A stretch of DNA of 56,210 bases from a virus. Its lineage: Duplodnaviria; Caudoviricetes. The stretch spans positions 1 to 56,210 of IMG/VR virus record IMGVR_UViG_3300020420_000018; one strand, written 5' to 3'. Every line of letters starts with the position of its first letter. Positions within the stretch are counted from its first letter, which is position 1. This document shows, in pieces, positions 46,695 through 53,783 of this stretch. Under the pieces are notes generated by a model. That model was not told where the DNA came from. It searched no databases and saw only the letters and a list, made by a program, of their open reading frames with translations. A program made the translations under genes and the position numbers.

Positions 46695-47131
46695 AAGGTA
46701 TTGCAGAAACTGACAGAGCATACATTGCAGGTCTATTCGATGGTGAAGGTTCAATACATTTTAAACGTGGACCTGAAAAGAAAAAGAGACACAAAGGCGA
46801 CGGCCATCGCATATCAAATAGCTTAAGATTAAATATGGAAATAACCATGACTGATAAGTCTGTCTTGGTTTGGGTACACGAAGTTTTAGGTGTTGGAACT
46901 TTAACTGACAAACCACGTAAGGGTAAACGTAAAGATGGCACGCCGTATTTAAAACAATATAGATGGCGAGTTACATTTCGTGATGCCTTCTATGTGTGTT
47001 GCCTAATCTGGCCCTGGGCGCATACCAAGTTGCCTAAGATACAACAAATCATAGACCATTACGATGCACAGATTATGAATGGTAAGGTGGTTAATTTAGA
47101 AGAATATAAACAAGCTATGAGTTTAGAATGA
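46691..47131 (+). CDS. Free-standing single-motif LAGLIDADG protein
   Basis: AYIAGLFDGEGSI motif; QYRWRV. Confidence 0.8.
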   Translation: MKGIAETDRAYIAGLFDGEGSIHFKRGPEKKKRHKGDGHRISNSLRLNMEITMTDKSVLVWVHEVLGVGTLTDKPRKGKRKDGTPYLKQYRWRVTFRDAFYVCCLIWPWAHTKLPKIQQIIDHYDAQIMNGKVVNLEEYKQAMSLE

Positions 47132-47153
47132 TTCTAAACTAGAAAGGTTACAT

Positions 47154-47858
47154 ATGCTATGGAACGGAAAGCCAAAGTTTGATTATCAAACTATTAAGAG
47201 AGTAACTTTACCAACTGGTAGGGTTTATGACATAAACGAGGAGAAGTTGCCATCGGTGACTACAATATTAGGAGCCACCAAATCTGAAGAAAGTAAGGCA
47301 AAGTTGGCAGCATGGAGGCAACGAGAAGGCGAAAAAAAGGCAGACCAAATACGTGATGATGCAGCTGCTCGGGGTACAATAATGCATAGAATTCTTGAGG
47401 GATACGTAAAAGGTGAAGGTCACATGGATCTATCTGATTTAGGTCAGGAGGCAGGCACCATGGCTCAAAACATCATCGATAAAGGCCATTTCAGCCCTCT
47501 CACAGAGGTTTGGGGCCTAGAGATGCCTCTATGGTACCCGGGACTATATGCGGGCGCCTCAGACGTTGCTGGTGTATATGAAGGCCGGGAGGCTATTATA
47601 GATTTTAAGCAATCTAATAAATACAAAAAGCGTGAGTGGATTGACGATTATTTTGTACAATGCGCGGCCTACGCCACGGCTCACAACTACGTTTATGGAA
47701 CTCACATAGATTCTGGAGTGATTCTAATCAGCGTTAAGGGTGGCGATGTTTTAAGATACGTGAGTTATGGTAAGGAATTTCAACACTTTATGTTCGAATG
47801 GTTAAGAAGAGTTGACCTATATTACAAGCTTCAGGCATCAGGGACCAAGAACCCATAG
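47154..47858 (+). CDS. PD-(D/E)XK exonuclease
   Basis: LPSVTTIL, RGTIMH, YAGASD, IIDFKQS, QCAAYA. Confidence 0.85.
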   Translation: MLWNGKPKFDYQTIKRVTLPTGRVYDINEEKLPSVTTILGATKSEESKAKLAAWRQREGEKKADQIRDDAAARGTIMHRILEGYVKGEGHMDLSDLGQEAGTMAQNIIDKGHFSPLTEVWGLEMPLWYPGLYAGASDVAGVYEGREAIIDFKQSNKYKKREWIDDYFVQCAAYATAHNYVYGTHIDSGVILISVKGGDVLRYVSYGKEFQHFMFEWLRRVDLYYKLQASGTKNP

Positions 47859-47909
47859 AGTATTCTGTATGAGATTTATGTTTATAAAAAAATTTTTGAA
47901 AAATATAGT

Positions 47910-48021
47910 GATACAATGCTACAATAGGCTAAAACTGTTGATATTATTGAATAATAGCTTGTTACAATGCTGTTACAATGTGCTTCAGTCTGCTACAGGG
48001 ATTTTCCCTACGCGCGCGCGT
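47910..48021. repeat. Iteron-like GNTACAAT repeats and (CG)5 palindrome; candidate replication origin
   Basis: GATACAAT 47910, GCTACAAT 47918, GTTACAAT 47961 and 47972, GCTACAG 47992; ACGCGCGCGCGT 48010-48021; in a ~220-bp non-coding gap. Confidence 0.55.
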
Positions 48022-48077
48022 GAAAAGCTTTTTTACAAAAGCCATTTCTCATGTATAAAACTCTATGGAAGGAAATC

Positions 48078-48722
48078 ATGACAGAAACAAGAAGAATAGA
48101 ATATAGATTTTTACATTGGGGTCCGTTCGTATGTCATTACATACTAACCCCGGAAGAATTAACGTTCCTTAGAAAATTAAAAGGCAAAGAAGATTATAGA
48201 AAAAATTTAGCAGGTCATTTAGAAAAAGAAAAATCTTTAGATAAAAAAGATGTTTATAATATTTTACTCCCTTATTTAAATAGTTATGCTCAAGGTTACC
48301 AAGATTATAGAGCTCAGCCATTATGTAATGGATTTGAAATGATAACAGCTTGGATTAATCATCAAAAGAAAAACGAGTTTAATCCTCCTCACACACATGA
48401 TGGTCATCTGTCTTTTGTAATATACACAGAAATACCAGAGGGGCTGCATAAAGAGTGTCATACAAGTTCAGCCAGCAGTCCAGGTCCAGGTTGTATAACT
48501 TTTGATTTTAATCTTTCAGGTAATGGTTTAAATAAATTTTTCTTACAAACACATTCACATTTACCATCAGTAGGAGATATGTTTATTTTCCCTGCCGGTT
48601 TACCACATTGGGTTTACCCTTTTAAAACAACTGAAGGAGAAAGAATTTCTATATCGGGAAATATAGATTTAATAGACGGTGATAAAACATTAACAGCAAG
48701 AAATGATAGCAAAGAAAAGTAA
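48078..48722 (+). CDS. Putative 2OG-Fe(II) oxygenase
   Basis: WINHQ..EFNPPHTH...FPAGLPHWVYP...ERISISGN; start MTETR after GAAGGA. Confidence 0.8.
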   Translation: MTETRRIEYRFLHWGPFVCHYILTPEELTFLRKLKGKEDYRKNLAGHLEKEKSLDKKDVYNILLPYLNSYAQGYQDYRAQPLCNGFEMITAWINHQKKNEFNPPHTHDGHLSFVIYTEIPEGLHKECHTSSASSPGPGCITFDFNLSGNGLNKFFLQTHSHLPSVGDMFIFPAGLPHWVYPFKTTEGERISISGNIDLIDGDKTLTARNDSKEK

Positions 48723-48987
48723 ATACAAATCAGTCGTTATAAAAAAGAAACGATATTATTTTTATAAGATCACGTGGGTTGATCCGACGGGAGATTCTGG
48801 GCACGCGACAGCTCATGACTCATTAGGTTTAACACCTTCTGTTATGATAACTCATGCGTATCTTTTTGATCAAAATAAAAAAAATGTCTGGACGTTTGCT
48901 AGTTATGAAGATAATGATGAATTATTCTCCGACAGGAACGTCTTCCCCAAGGGCTGCATCGTCAAGATGGAGAGAGTCCTTCTCTGA
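48703..48987 (+). CDS. Hypothetical protein (ITWVDPTGDSG)
   Basis: 94 aa ORF. Confidence 0.7.
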   Translation: MIAKKSKYKSVVIKKKRYYFYKITWVDPTGDSGHATAHDSLGLTPSVMITHAYLFDQNKKNVWTFASYEDNDELFSDRNVFPKGCIVKMERVLL

Positions 48988-49488
48988 TTCTTTTTTCTTT
49001 TCTTTTTCTTGTACTTGCTCTTTTAATTCTTCAAACGGCACATTTTCTAGTATCGGAGAGTAATCGTCTATTATCTTTTTCATTCTTGATTCTAACTCTT
49101 CTGTTGTTAAGTCTTCTAGTTTTCCTGTACGAATTATTTTTTGTTCTATATACAGACCCGCAGCTTTTCCTCGTGCGACCTCTGCATTTACCGCAGCTGA
49201 CCACGCTCCCTTCTTAAGAGCTTCTTTTCTAATCTGACCTAACTCTGCAATATGTTTTTCATAAGTGACTTCATATTTTTTCTGCCACTCTTCTCTTAAT
49301 TCACCAATGTATTTAACAACCAGTGGATACAACTTTGGATTCTGTAATTTACTTGCGTATTGTCTAGCTGAGTCTTTTGCAAAACCTGCATTGACAGCAC
49401 ACTGCGTAGCTGTTTCTCTACCTTCGTTTGTTACCAACTCGTAGGCAAATTTCATTTGTTGTTCAGTTAATTTTTTTGGTACTCCCAT
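48922..49488 (-). CDS. terS: Terminase small subunit
   Basis: LTEQQMKFA...ATQCAVNAGF...ASKL HTH pattern; AAVNAEVARGKAAGLY. Confidence 0.75.
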   Translation of the reverse strand: MGVPKKLTEQQMKFAYELVTNEGRETATQCAVNAGFAKDSARQYASKLQNPKLYPLVVKYIGELREEWQKKYEVTYEKHIAELGQIRKEALKKGAWSAAVNAEVARGKAAGLYIEQKIIRTGKLEDLTTEELESRMKKIIDDYSPILENVPFEELKEQVQEKEKKKESEKDSLHLDDAALGEDVPVGE

Positions 49489-49636
49489 TTAATTTTTCCA
49501 TTTCTATATTATCTGATTGAGCATTAGCTTGTGATGCTTTCTTTTTTTTAAATATCTCATCAAATCTTTTCCTATAAAGATCAGTGGACACTCTTGATTT
49601 ACCATCCCACTGTCTTCCTTTTTCTTGTTTAGTCAT
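49463..49636 (-). CDS. Microprotein (57 aa, WDGKSRVSTDLYRKRFDEIF)
   Basis: Hand-translated ORF upstream of terS. Confidence 0.65.
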   Translation of the reverse strand: MTKQEKGRQWDGKSRVSTDLYRKRFDEIFKKKKASQANAQSDNIEMEKLNGSTKKIN

Positions 49637-49638
49637 AC

Positions 49639-49671
49639 TTGATATTTAGTACAACTTCGTCTATAAATCAA
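49639..49671. promoter_or_regulatory. Overlapping divergent leaderless promoters
   Basis: Plus: TTGATA-17-TATAAA-7 nt-ATG(49675); minus: TTGATT-17-TAAATA-6 nt-ATG(49636). Confidence 0.55.
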
Positions 49672-49674
49672 CCT

Positions 49675-49899
49675 ATGTTTACTGGAAAGGTATTAAGACA
49701 AGCATTAGATAAATTTTTAAAAAGTGAGGTGGCAGCCAACGCTAGAGTACAAGTTATTCTGCCAAACGGTGAGTTCTACGACATTACAGGTGTGAAGCTG
49801 TTAGAAAATAAATTAATTGGTGTAAGAGAGTCACATAGACTTGCCATTACTATATCCCCTGAACAGTGGAAAATGGGTAAAGTTATCAAAAAACTATGA
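49675..49899 (+). CDS. Hypothetical protein
   Basis: Probable start MFTGK at 49675. Confidence 0.7.
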   Translation: MFTGKVLRQALDKFLKSEVAANARVQVILPNGEFYDITGVKLLENKLIGVRESHRLAITISPEQWKMGKVIKKL

Positions 49900-50483
49900 A
49901 TTATGATTATAAAATTCTAGATTTAAAATATCATTTAAAGAGTCTAATAAATAAAAATACATGCAAAGAGCTAATTAATTTTTATGAAGCTAATAAAAAT
50001 TTAGCTAAACTTGAAGCTAGTTATAAATTTAATGAGCGTCAAAATTTATTTGACAACTGCAACTTTCTTAATCTTTCTGAAAATACTGAGAACGACGATT
50101 TTAAAAAACCTTACGAACTAATTATACAATATTTAAAAATAGTGTTAACAAATTATGAGATGCATGTTCGTTCTAAATTATGTCCTACTTTTGAAGTACA
50201 TAAGTTTATGAAACAAACTAATAACATTAGAATAATAAAATACGAAGTGGGTCAATCTATAAAAGATCACACTGATGCTGGTCCTCATACGAGAGGGTCA
50301 TTAACTATAAATTTAAACGATGATTATGAAGGAGGAGAGTTTAGATTTTTTGGTGGTAAGGTAAAATTAAACTTGAGTGCAGGCGAAGCTATGCTTTTTC
50401 CAGCTGAACCCATTTGGATCCATGGGACCGAACCTGTAACTAAAGGTGCGAGATACGCCATCAATTGTTTTCTAAAACAATGA
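49896..50483 (+). CDS. 2OG-Fe(II) oxygenase
   Basis: HTD, INLNDDYEGGEF, WIHGTEPVTKGARY. Confidence 0.85.
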   Translation: MNYDYKILDLKYHLKSLINKNTCKELINFYEANKNLAKLEASYKFNERQNLFDNCNFLNLSENTENDDFKKPYELIIQYLKIVLTNYEMHVRSKLCPTFEVHKFMKQTNNIRIIKYEVGQSIKDHTDAGPHTRGSLTINLNDDYEGGEFRFFGGKVKLNLSAGEAMLFPAEPIWIHGTEPVTKGARYAINCFLKQ

Positions 50484-51013
50484 AATTAGCCTACTCAATA
50501 CCTGGAAAGATCTGGTGTATATCTAATTTTTTAGATTATAATATGTACAAAGGTATTCACAATGCCATTATTAAAGAAAGAAATAAGATAAATCTGCACA
50601 GTGTGAAAGGTCTATGGGGTGATGATTTAATTAAAAATATTATACCACCCATGAGAACGCAAGTAAGTAACTATAAACCTTTTGAACACTTAAAAACTCT
50701 AGTTAAACACAATCCCTATTTTCAAATGAGCGATACAAAAGAGATGTCAACTACAATTCATTACATGAAGAAAGGCGCTGGTGTTAATTGGCATGATGAT
50801 GGTTCTTGGAAATATGGGGCTACTTTTTATGTAAATCATAAATGGCATAAGCAATGGGGCGGTGAGTTTATGTTTCTTGATAATAATGGTCATGGTTGGA
50901 TACCACCTGTGGGTAACTCTGTAATTATTGTTAAAGCTCCTATTCCACATAAAGTTAACCCTGTTTTAAGTCCAGTTGTTCCTAGAATTTCTGTGCAAAT
51001 GTTTATGAAATAG
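50480..51013 (+). CDS. 2OG-Fe(II) oxygenase
   Basis: WHDD, WGGEFMF, PHKVNPV, RISVQ; ATGA-coupled start at 50480. Confidence 0.8.
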   Translation: MKLAYSIPGKIWCISNFLDYNMYKGIHNAIIKERNKINLHSVKGLWGDDLIKNIIPPMRTQVSNYKPFEHLKTLVKHNPYFQMSDTKEMSTTIHYMKKGAGVNWHDDGSWKYGATFYVNHKWHKQWGGEFMFLDNNGHGWIPPVGNSVIIVKAPIPHKVNPVLSPVVPRISVQMFMK

Positions 51014-51027
51014 AATGAGGTGTAGTA

Positions 51028-51420
51028 GTGAATCCAGAGAAAAAATTTTGGTATGAAATTAAAAATTTTAACGTTAAGAACAACTGCAAATTATCGTTTA
51101 CCCGTGTAGAAAACACTGCTTCTTGGGGTACTCCGGACATACTCGGATACAATACTAATAATTATTTTTTTACTGTTGAATTAAAAGTAACAAAAACAAA
51201 CAAGGTCCGCCTGTCGCCTCACCAAATAGCGTTCCATGTGAAACACCCTGACAATACATTTATTCTAGTTAAGGCCCTCTCCCTTAACTCCATAAAACTT
51301 TATGAGGGGAAGGTTATCAAGGAGCTTGATGCTCAAGGCTTGCGGCTTGAAGCTTGCTCCTCGGGGCTTGAGGCTTGCTTCTCAAGGCTTGCAGCTTGTG
51401 GCTTGCCGCTTGAGGCTTGA
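51028..51420 (+). CDS. VRR-NUC / Holliday junction resolvase-like nuclease
   Basis: RVEN...GTPD...VELK...LSPHQIAF; GTG start, SD GAGG. Confidence 0.75.
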   Translation: MNPEKKFWYEIKNFNVKNNCKLSFTRVENTASWGTPDILGYNTNNYFFTVELKVTKTNKVRLSPHQIAFHVKHPDNTFILVKALSLNSIKLYEGKVIKELDAQGLRLEACSSGLEACFSRLAACGLPLEA

Positions 51421-51428
51421 CGCTTAGG
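51324..51428. repeat. Phased heptamer repeat (GCTTGnn)
   Basis: 11 exact GCTTG copies at 51324, 51338, 51345, 51352, 51366, 51373, 51387, 51394, 51401, 51408, 51415, all in 7-bp phase. Confidence 0.85.
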
Positions 51429-51542
51429 GCCCGGACCAGGCGCACGCTCCACTTGCTCCGTCGAGCTTGGCTCGCTAATGGCCTGATCCAGTTTATTACG
51501 TAGCTTGCGTAATTCTTTATAATATTTTGGATGTCTAAACAT
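51333..51542 (-). CDS. Hypothetical protein (MFRHPKYYKELRK) ending in repeat-derived QAS tract
   Basis: TAATG-coupled to the Gp88-like gene. Confidence 0.55.
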   Translation of the reverse strand: MFRHPKYYKELRKLRNKLDQAISEPSSTEQVERAPGPGPKRQASSGKPQAASLEKQASSPEEQASSRKP

Positions 51543-52135
51543 TAATGCTTCCCGTATGAAACTACTTTTACAGCAGGATCCCAACATTGTCTACAGTCAC
51601 CGCAGGAATTATTTTGTTTAGGTGCTGGACACGTGGCGCCAGATTCTACAACCATTGAAGAGTTTGGCCAGCTGTCGTTGCGCTGTCCAATCATTGGCGG
51701 GCTAAATCTGATCACCAGGTTACCAGGTTTATTATATAAATAATTTTTTATCCAAGCCTCCCGGGTTGGCATCCAGTGCTTAACTTCAGGTGTCAATTTA
51801 CATACTGAATAAATTTTGTTTAAGTGTTCCAGGTCTTGAACGTCTCCGGCGTCGTGCCATCTAAAATATTTTTGACGTTTAACTTGTACAACCATTGCTG
51901 CAACCCACAGAGAATTTTTAATTTTTTCTAGTCTATCATATTGAGCTGCTTTAATTGCTTTGTATCTTGTGTAATTACCTTTCAAAGCGTAACAGCTGGC
52001 ACAGACTGAACCTTTTATTTTTCTAAGCTTTGATCCTGTCTTACACTCCCAGGCTGGCAGGCTATAAGATAGCCCAGGCATTTTGCTTGTACGGGTTAGA
52101 CTACCTGTTATTTGTTTTGCTATTTTTACTTTCAT
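51542..52135 (-). CDS. Phage Gp88-family protein (Cys-rich, Fe-S/radical-SAM-like)
   Basis: SKMPG.SYSLPA..C..G...C..CYA, FRWHDAGD, HWMPTRE, CPA...CGDCRQCW. Confidence 0.7.
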   Translation of the reverse strand: MKVKIAKQITGSLTRTSKMPGLSYSLPAWECKTGSKLRKIKGSVCASCYALKGNYTRYKAIKAAQYDRLEKIKNSLWVAAMVVQVKRQKYFRWHDAGDVQDLEHLNKIYSVCKLTPEVKHWMPTREAWIKNYLYNKPGNLVIRFSPPMIGQRNDSWPNSSMVVESGATCPAPKQNNSCGDCRQCWDPAVKVVSYGKH

Positions 52136-52141
52136 ATATCC

Positions 52142-52169
52142 TATATAATCCTTTATTCTTTATTGTCAA
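52142..52169 (-). promoter_or_regulatory. Putative leaderless promoter of the Gp88-like gene
   Basis: Minus-strand TTGACA-16 bp-TATATA-6 nt-ATG; two AGGAT motifs. Confidence 0.5.
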
Positions 52170-52256
52170 GCTTGTGGCTTGCGGCTTCAGGCTCTTCAAC
52201 CCGCCCACGCGTTGAGTTAGCGGTAGAGTCCCCTGAAGCTTGCAGCTTGCAGCTTG
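52170..52256. repeat. Second GCTTG heptamer cluster
   Basis: GCTTG at 52170, 52177, 52238, 52245, 52252 flanking a hairpin. Confidence 0.7.
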
Positions 52257-52418
52257 ACCAGTGGGGAGCGTGATATATTGCTGCTAGCCTCACAGCTTCA
52301 ATCTTCTTGCCCACTGATCCCAGGTCCAGCCTTAAAGATGCTCGAGACTGTCTGTACTGGACCAGGGATCAGCACCCAGGAAAGACGGTCAACAGCTGAC
52401 GGTGTGATCCTGGATACT
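52184..52418 (-). ncRNA. Candidate multi-hairpin non-coding RNA cluster
   Basis: Four consecutive GC-rich stems of 8-16 bp with 25-45 nt interiors; stem mismatches become G-U pairs only on the minus strand. Confidence 0.55.
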
Positions 52419-52427
52419 ACCCATTAA

Positions 52428-52589
52428 TTAATTCTTAACTTCCATATCCTCCGTAAGTACAAGTGGTTTTTTAAAATTGTACTGTTCTAAAATTCTTAAT
52501 CTTTTATGAACCGTTTCAAAAAGTTTGTGTTGTAGTTTTATCATTTCTCCAACATCCTGAAAAAGTTCTTTGATTTTTTCATCTGTCAT
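52428..52589 (-). CDS. Microprotein (53 aa)
   Basis: Hand-translated MTDEKIKELFQDVGEMIKLQHKLFETVHKRLRILEQYNFKKPLVLTEDMEVKN; SD GGAGGG. Confidence 0.65.
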   Translation of the reverse strand: MTDEKIKELFQDVGEMIKLQHKLFETVHKRLRILEQYNFKKPLVLTEDMEVKN

Positions 52590-52777
52590 AATTGCACCCT
52601 CCAAGTTGTTGTTGCTGTTCTATAACCTTCATTGTCCAGGTCATAATAAGTCATACAAGGTACACCATCTTTAGATGTAAAGTATCTACACAGTTCAGTC
52701 CACTTTGCATTTCTTGTAATATGCTTTTTGTGTTTCTTAGCCCAAAAAGTTATTTTAAATGTTTTGTTTAGTTCCAT
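52586..52777 (-). CDS. Hypothetical protein (63 aa)
   Basis: SD GAAAGGA; FKITFWAKKHKKHITR. Confidence 0.7.
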   Translation of the reverse strand: MELNKTFKITFWAKKHKKHITRNAKWTELCRYFTSKDGVPCMTYYDLDNEGYRTATTTWRVQL

Positions 52778-52921
52778 ATTCTTTATTCCTTTCTATTAGG
52801 ATAATCCCATACTAATGTGGCAAAAATAAGGCAGAAACAAAAATAATTTATTTTTATTCAACCACAGGTTGTGCTGCGAAATAGAATCATTCTAAACTGG
52901 AAATATAATTAATTTTTTTAT

Positions 52922-52959
52922 TTGACATTGTTTTTAATATAGTATAGGATTTTCCTATA
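52922..52959 (+). promoter_or_regulatory. Sigma70 promoter with overlapping palindrome
   Basis: TTGACA-17 bp-TAGGAT with AT-rich upstream region; TATAGGA-ttt-TCCTATA covers the -10 and start. Confidence 0.7.
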
Positions 52960-52980
52960 TACAAGAAAGGAAATACAAAT

Positions 52981-53550
52981 ATGAAAGCAATGACTAAATA
53001 TCAGCTGGAGCATTTTAAAACTAAAGTAAAAGATAAATTCGCTCCAATGATTGAAGAGGCGGATTTGTCTCTTCGTAAGATAGTGGCGGATATGACTGAA
53101 AGCGCAGAAAAAAAGCTATCAGATAAAATAGGCGCGACTGAAATAATAAAGCTGTTGGAAGATGCAGAAGCGGAGCATATTAAAGCAATGAAAAAAGCTA
53201 GAACTTTTTTCACTAAAAATATAACCGCGGAGCAAAAACAAAACCTAGATTATAAATTTAAAAAAGAAGAGAAGCTGGGTTTTGATAGTTATTCTAGTAA
53301 TAGGATAACTCCGGAGGATTGTAAAGAGCAGATAAGAAGCTGGGCTCAATCACTTGCAGAACGTGAAGCAGAAAAAACTCCAATAGGTAAAAAGAAAGTT
53401 AAGCTATTACAATTAAAAGAAGATGCGATTTCAGATGTAATGGAAAGCGGGATGCCAGCTGAACTAATTGAGAAATTAGGACAGCGGTTGAAAGTGATAG
53501 GAATTGCCTGGAATAATAATGTTAAGGCCATAGGACAGGACTTAAATTAA
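52981..53550 (+). CDS. Hypothetical helical protein (probable early gene)
   Basis: 189 aa; own promoter, SD GAAAGGA, downstream hairpin. Confidence 0.75.
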   Translation: MKAMTKYQLEHFKTKVKDKFAPMIEEADLSLRKIVADMTESAEKKLSDKIGATEIIKLLEDAEAEHIKAMKKARTFFTKNITAEQKQNLDYKFKKEEKLGFDSYSSNRITPEDCKEQIRSWAQSLAEREAEKTPIGKKKVKLLQLKEDAISDVMESGMPAELIEKLGQRLKVIGIAWNNNVKAIGQDLN

Positions 53551-53579
53551 TTAGTTATTAGTTAACCTTTCTGCTAATA

Positions 53580-53600
53580 CCCTGGCCCTTCGGGCCAGGG
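53580..53600 (+). terminator. GC-rich stem-loop after ORF 52981
   Basis: CCCTGGCC-cttcg-GGCCAGGG; no U tract. Confidence 0.55.
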
Positions 53601-53783
53601 ACCACAAGCCATAGAGGTACCAGACCGGTTACCACTTTTAAAAATTTTATAATAATTGTTTTTTTGTTTACAGACTAGGGGTCCCAGAGCAACGTATTTA
53701 TGCTAGGTTTTTTAAATAGATAGTGGTAAAATACTTTGCAAGTTTTCAAAATACTTACAAAAAAATTTTGCGGAAAAATTTTT

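Noticed and set aside
47154-47858. Cas4 / CRISPR-associated gene
   Set aside because: Lacks the four-Cys Fe-S cluster pattern and has no cas neighbours; fits an ordinary phage PD-(D/E)XK exonuclease
47812-48081. 89-aa ORF across the origin-like gap
   Set aside because: TTG start inside the exonuclease gene; sequence is dictated by DNA repeats (CYN repeats)
52184-52418. CRISPR array or tRNA in the hairpin cluster
   Set aside because: No identical direct repeats at regular spacing; TTAGCGGTAGAG resembles a D-arm but there is no T-loop (GTTCRA) or cloverleaf
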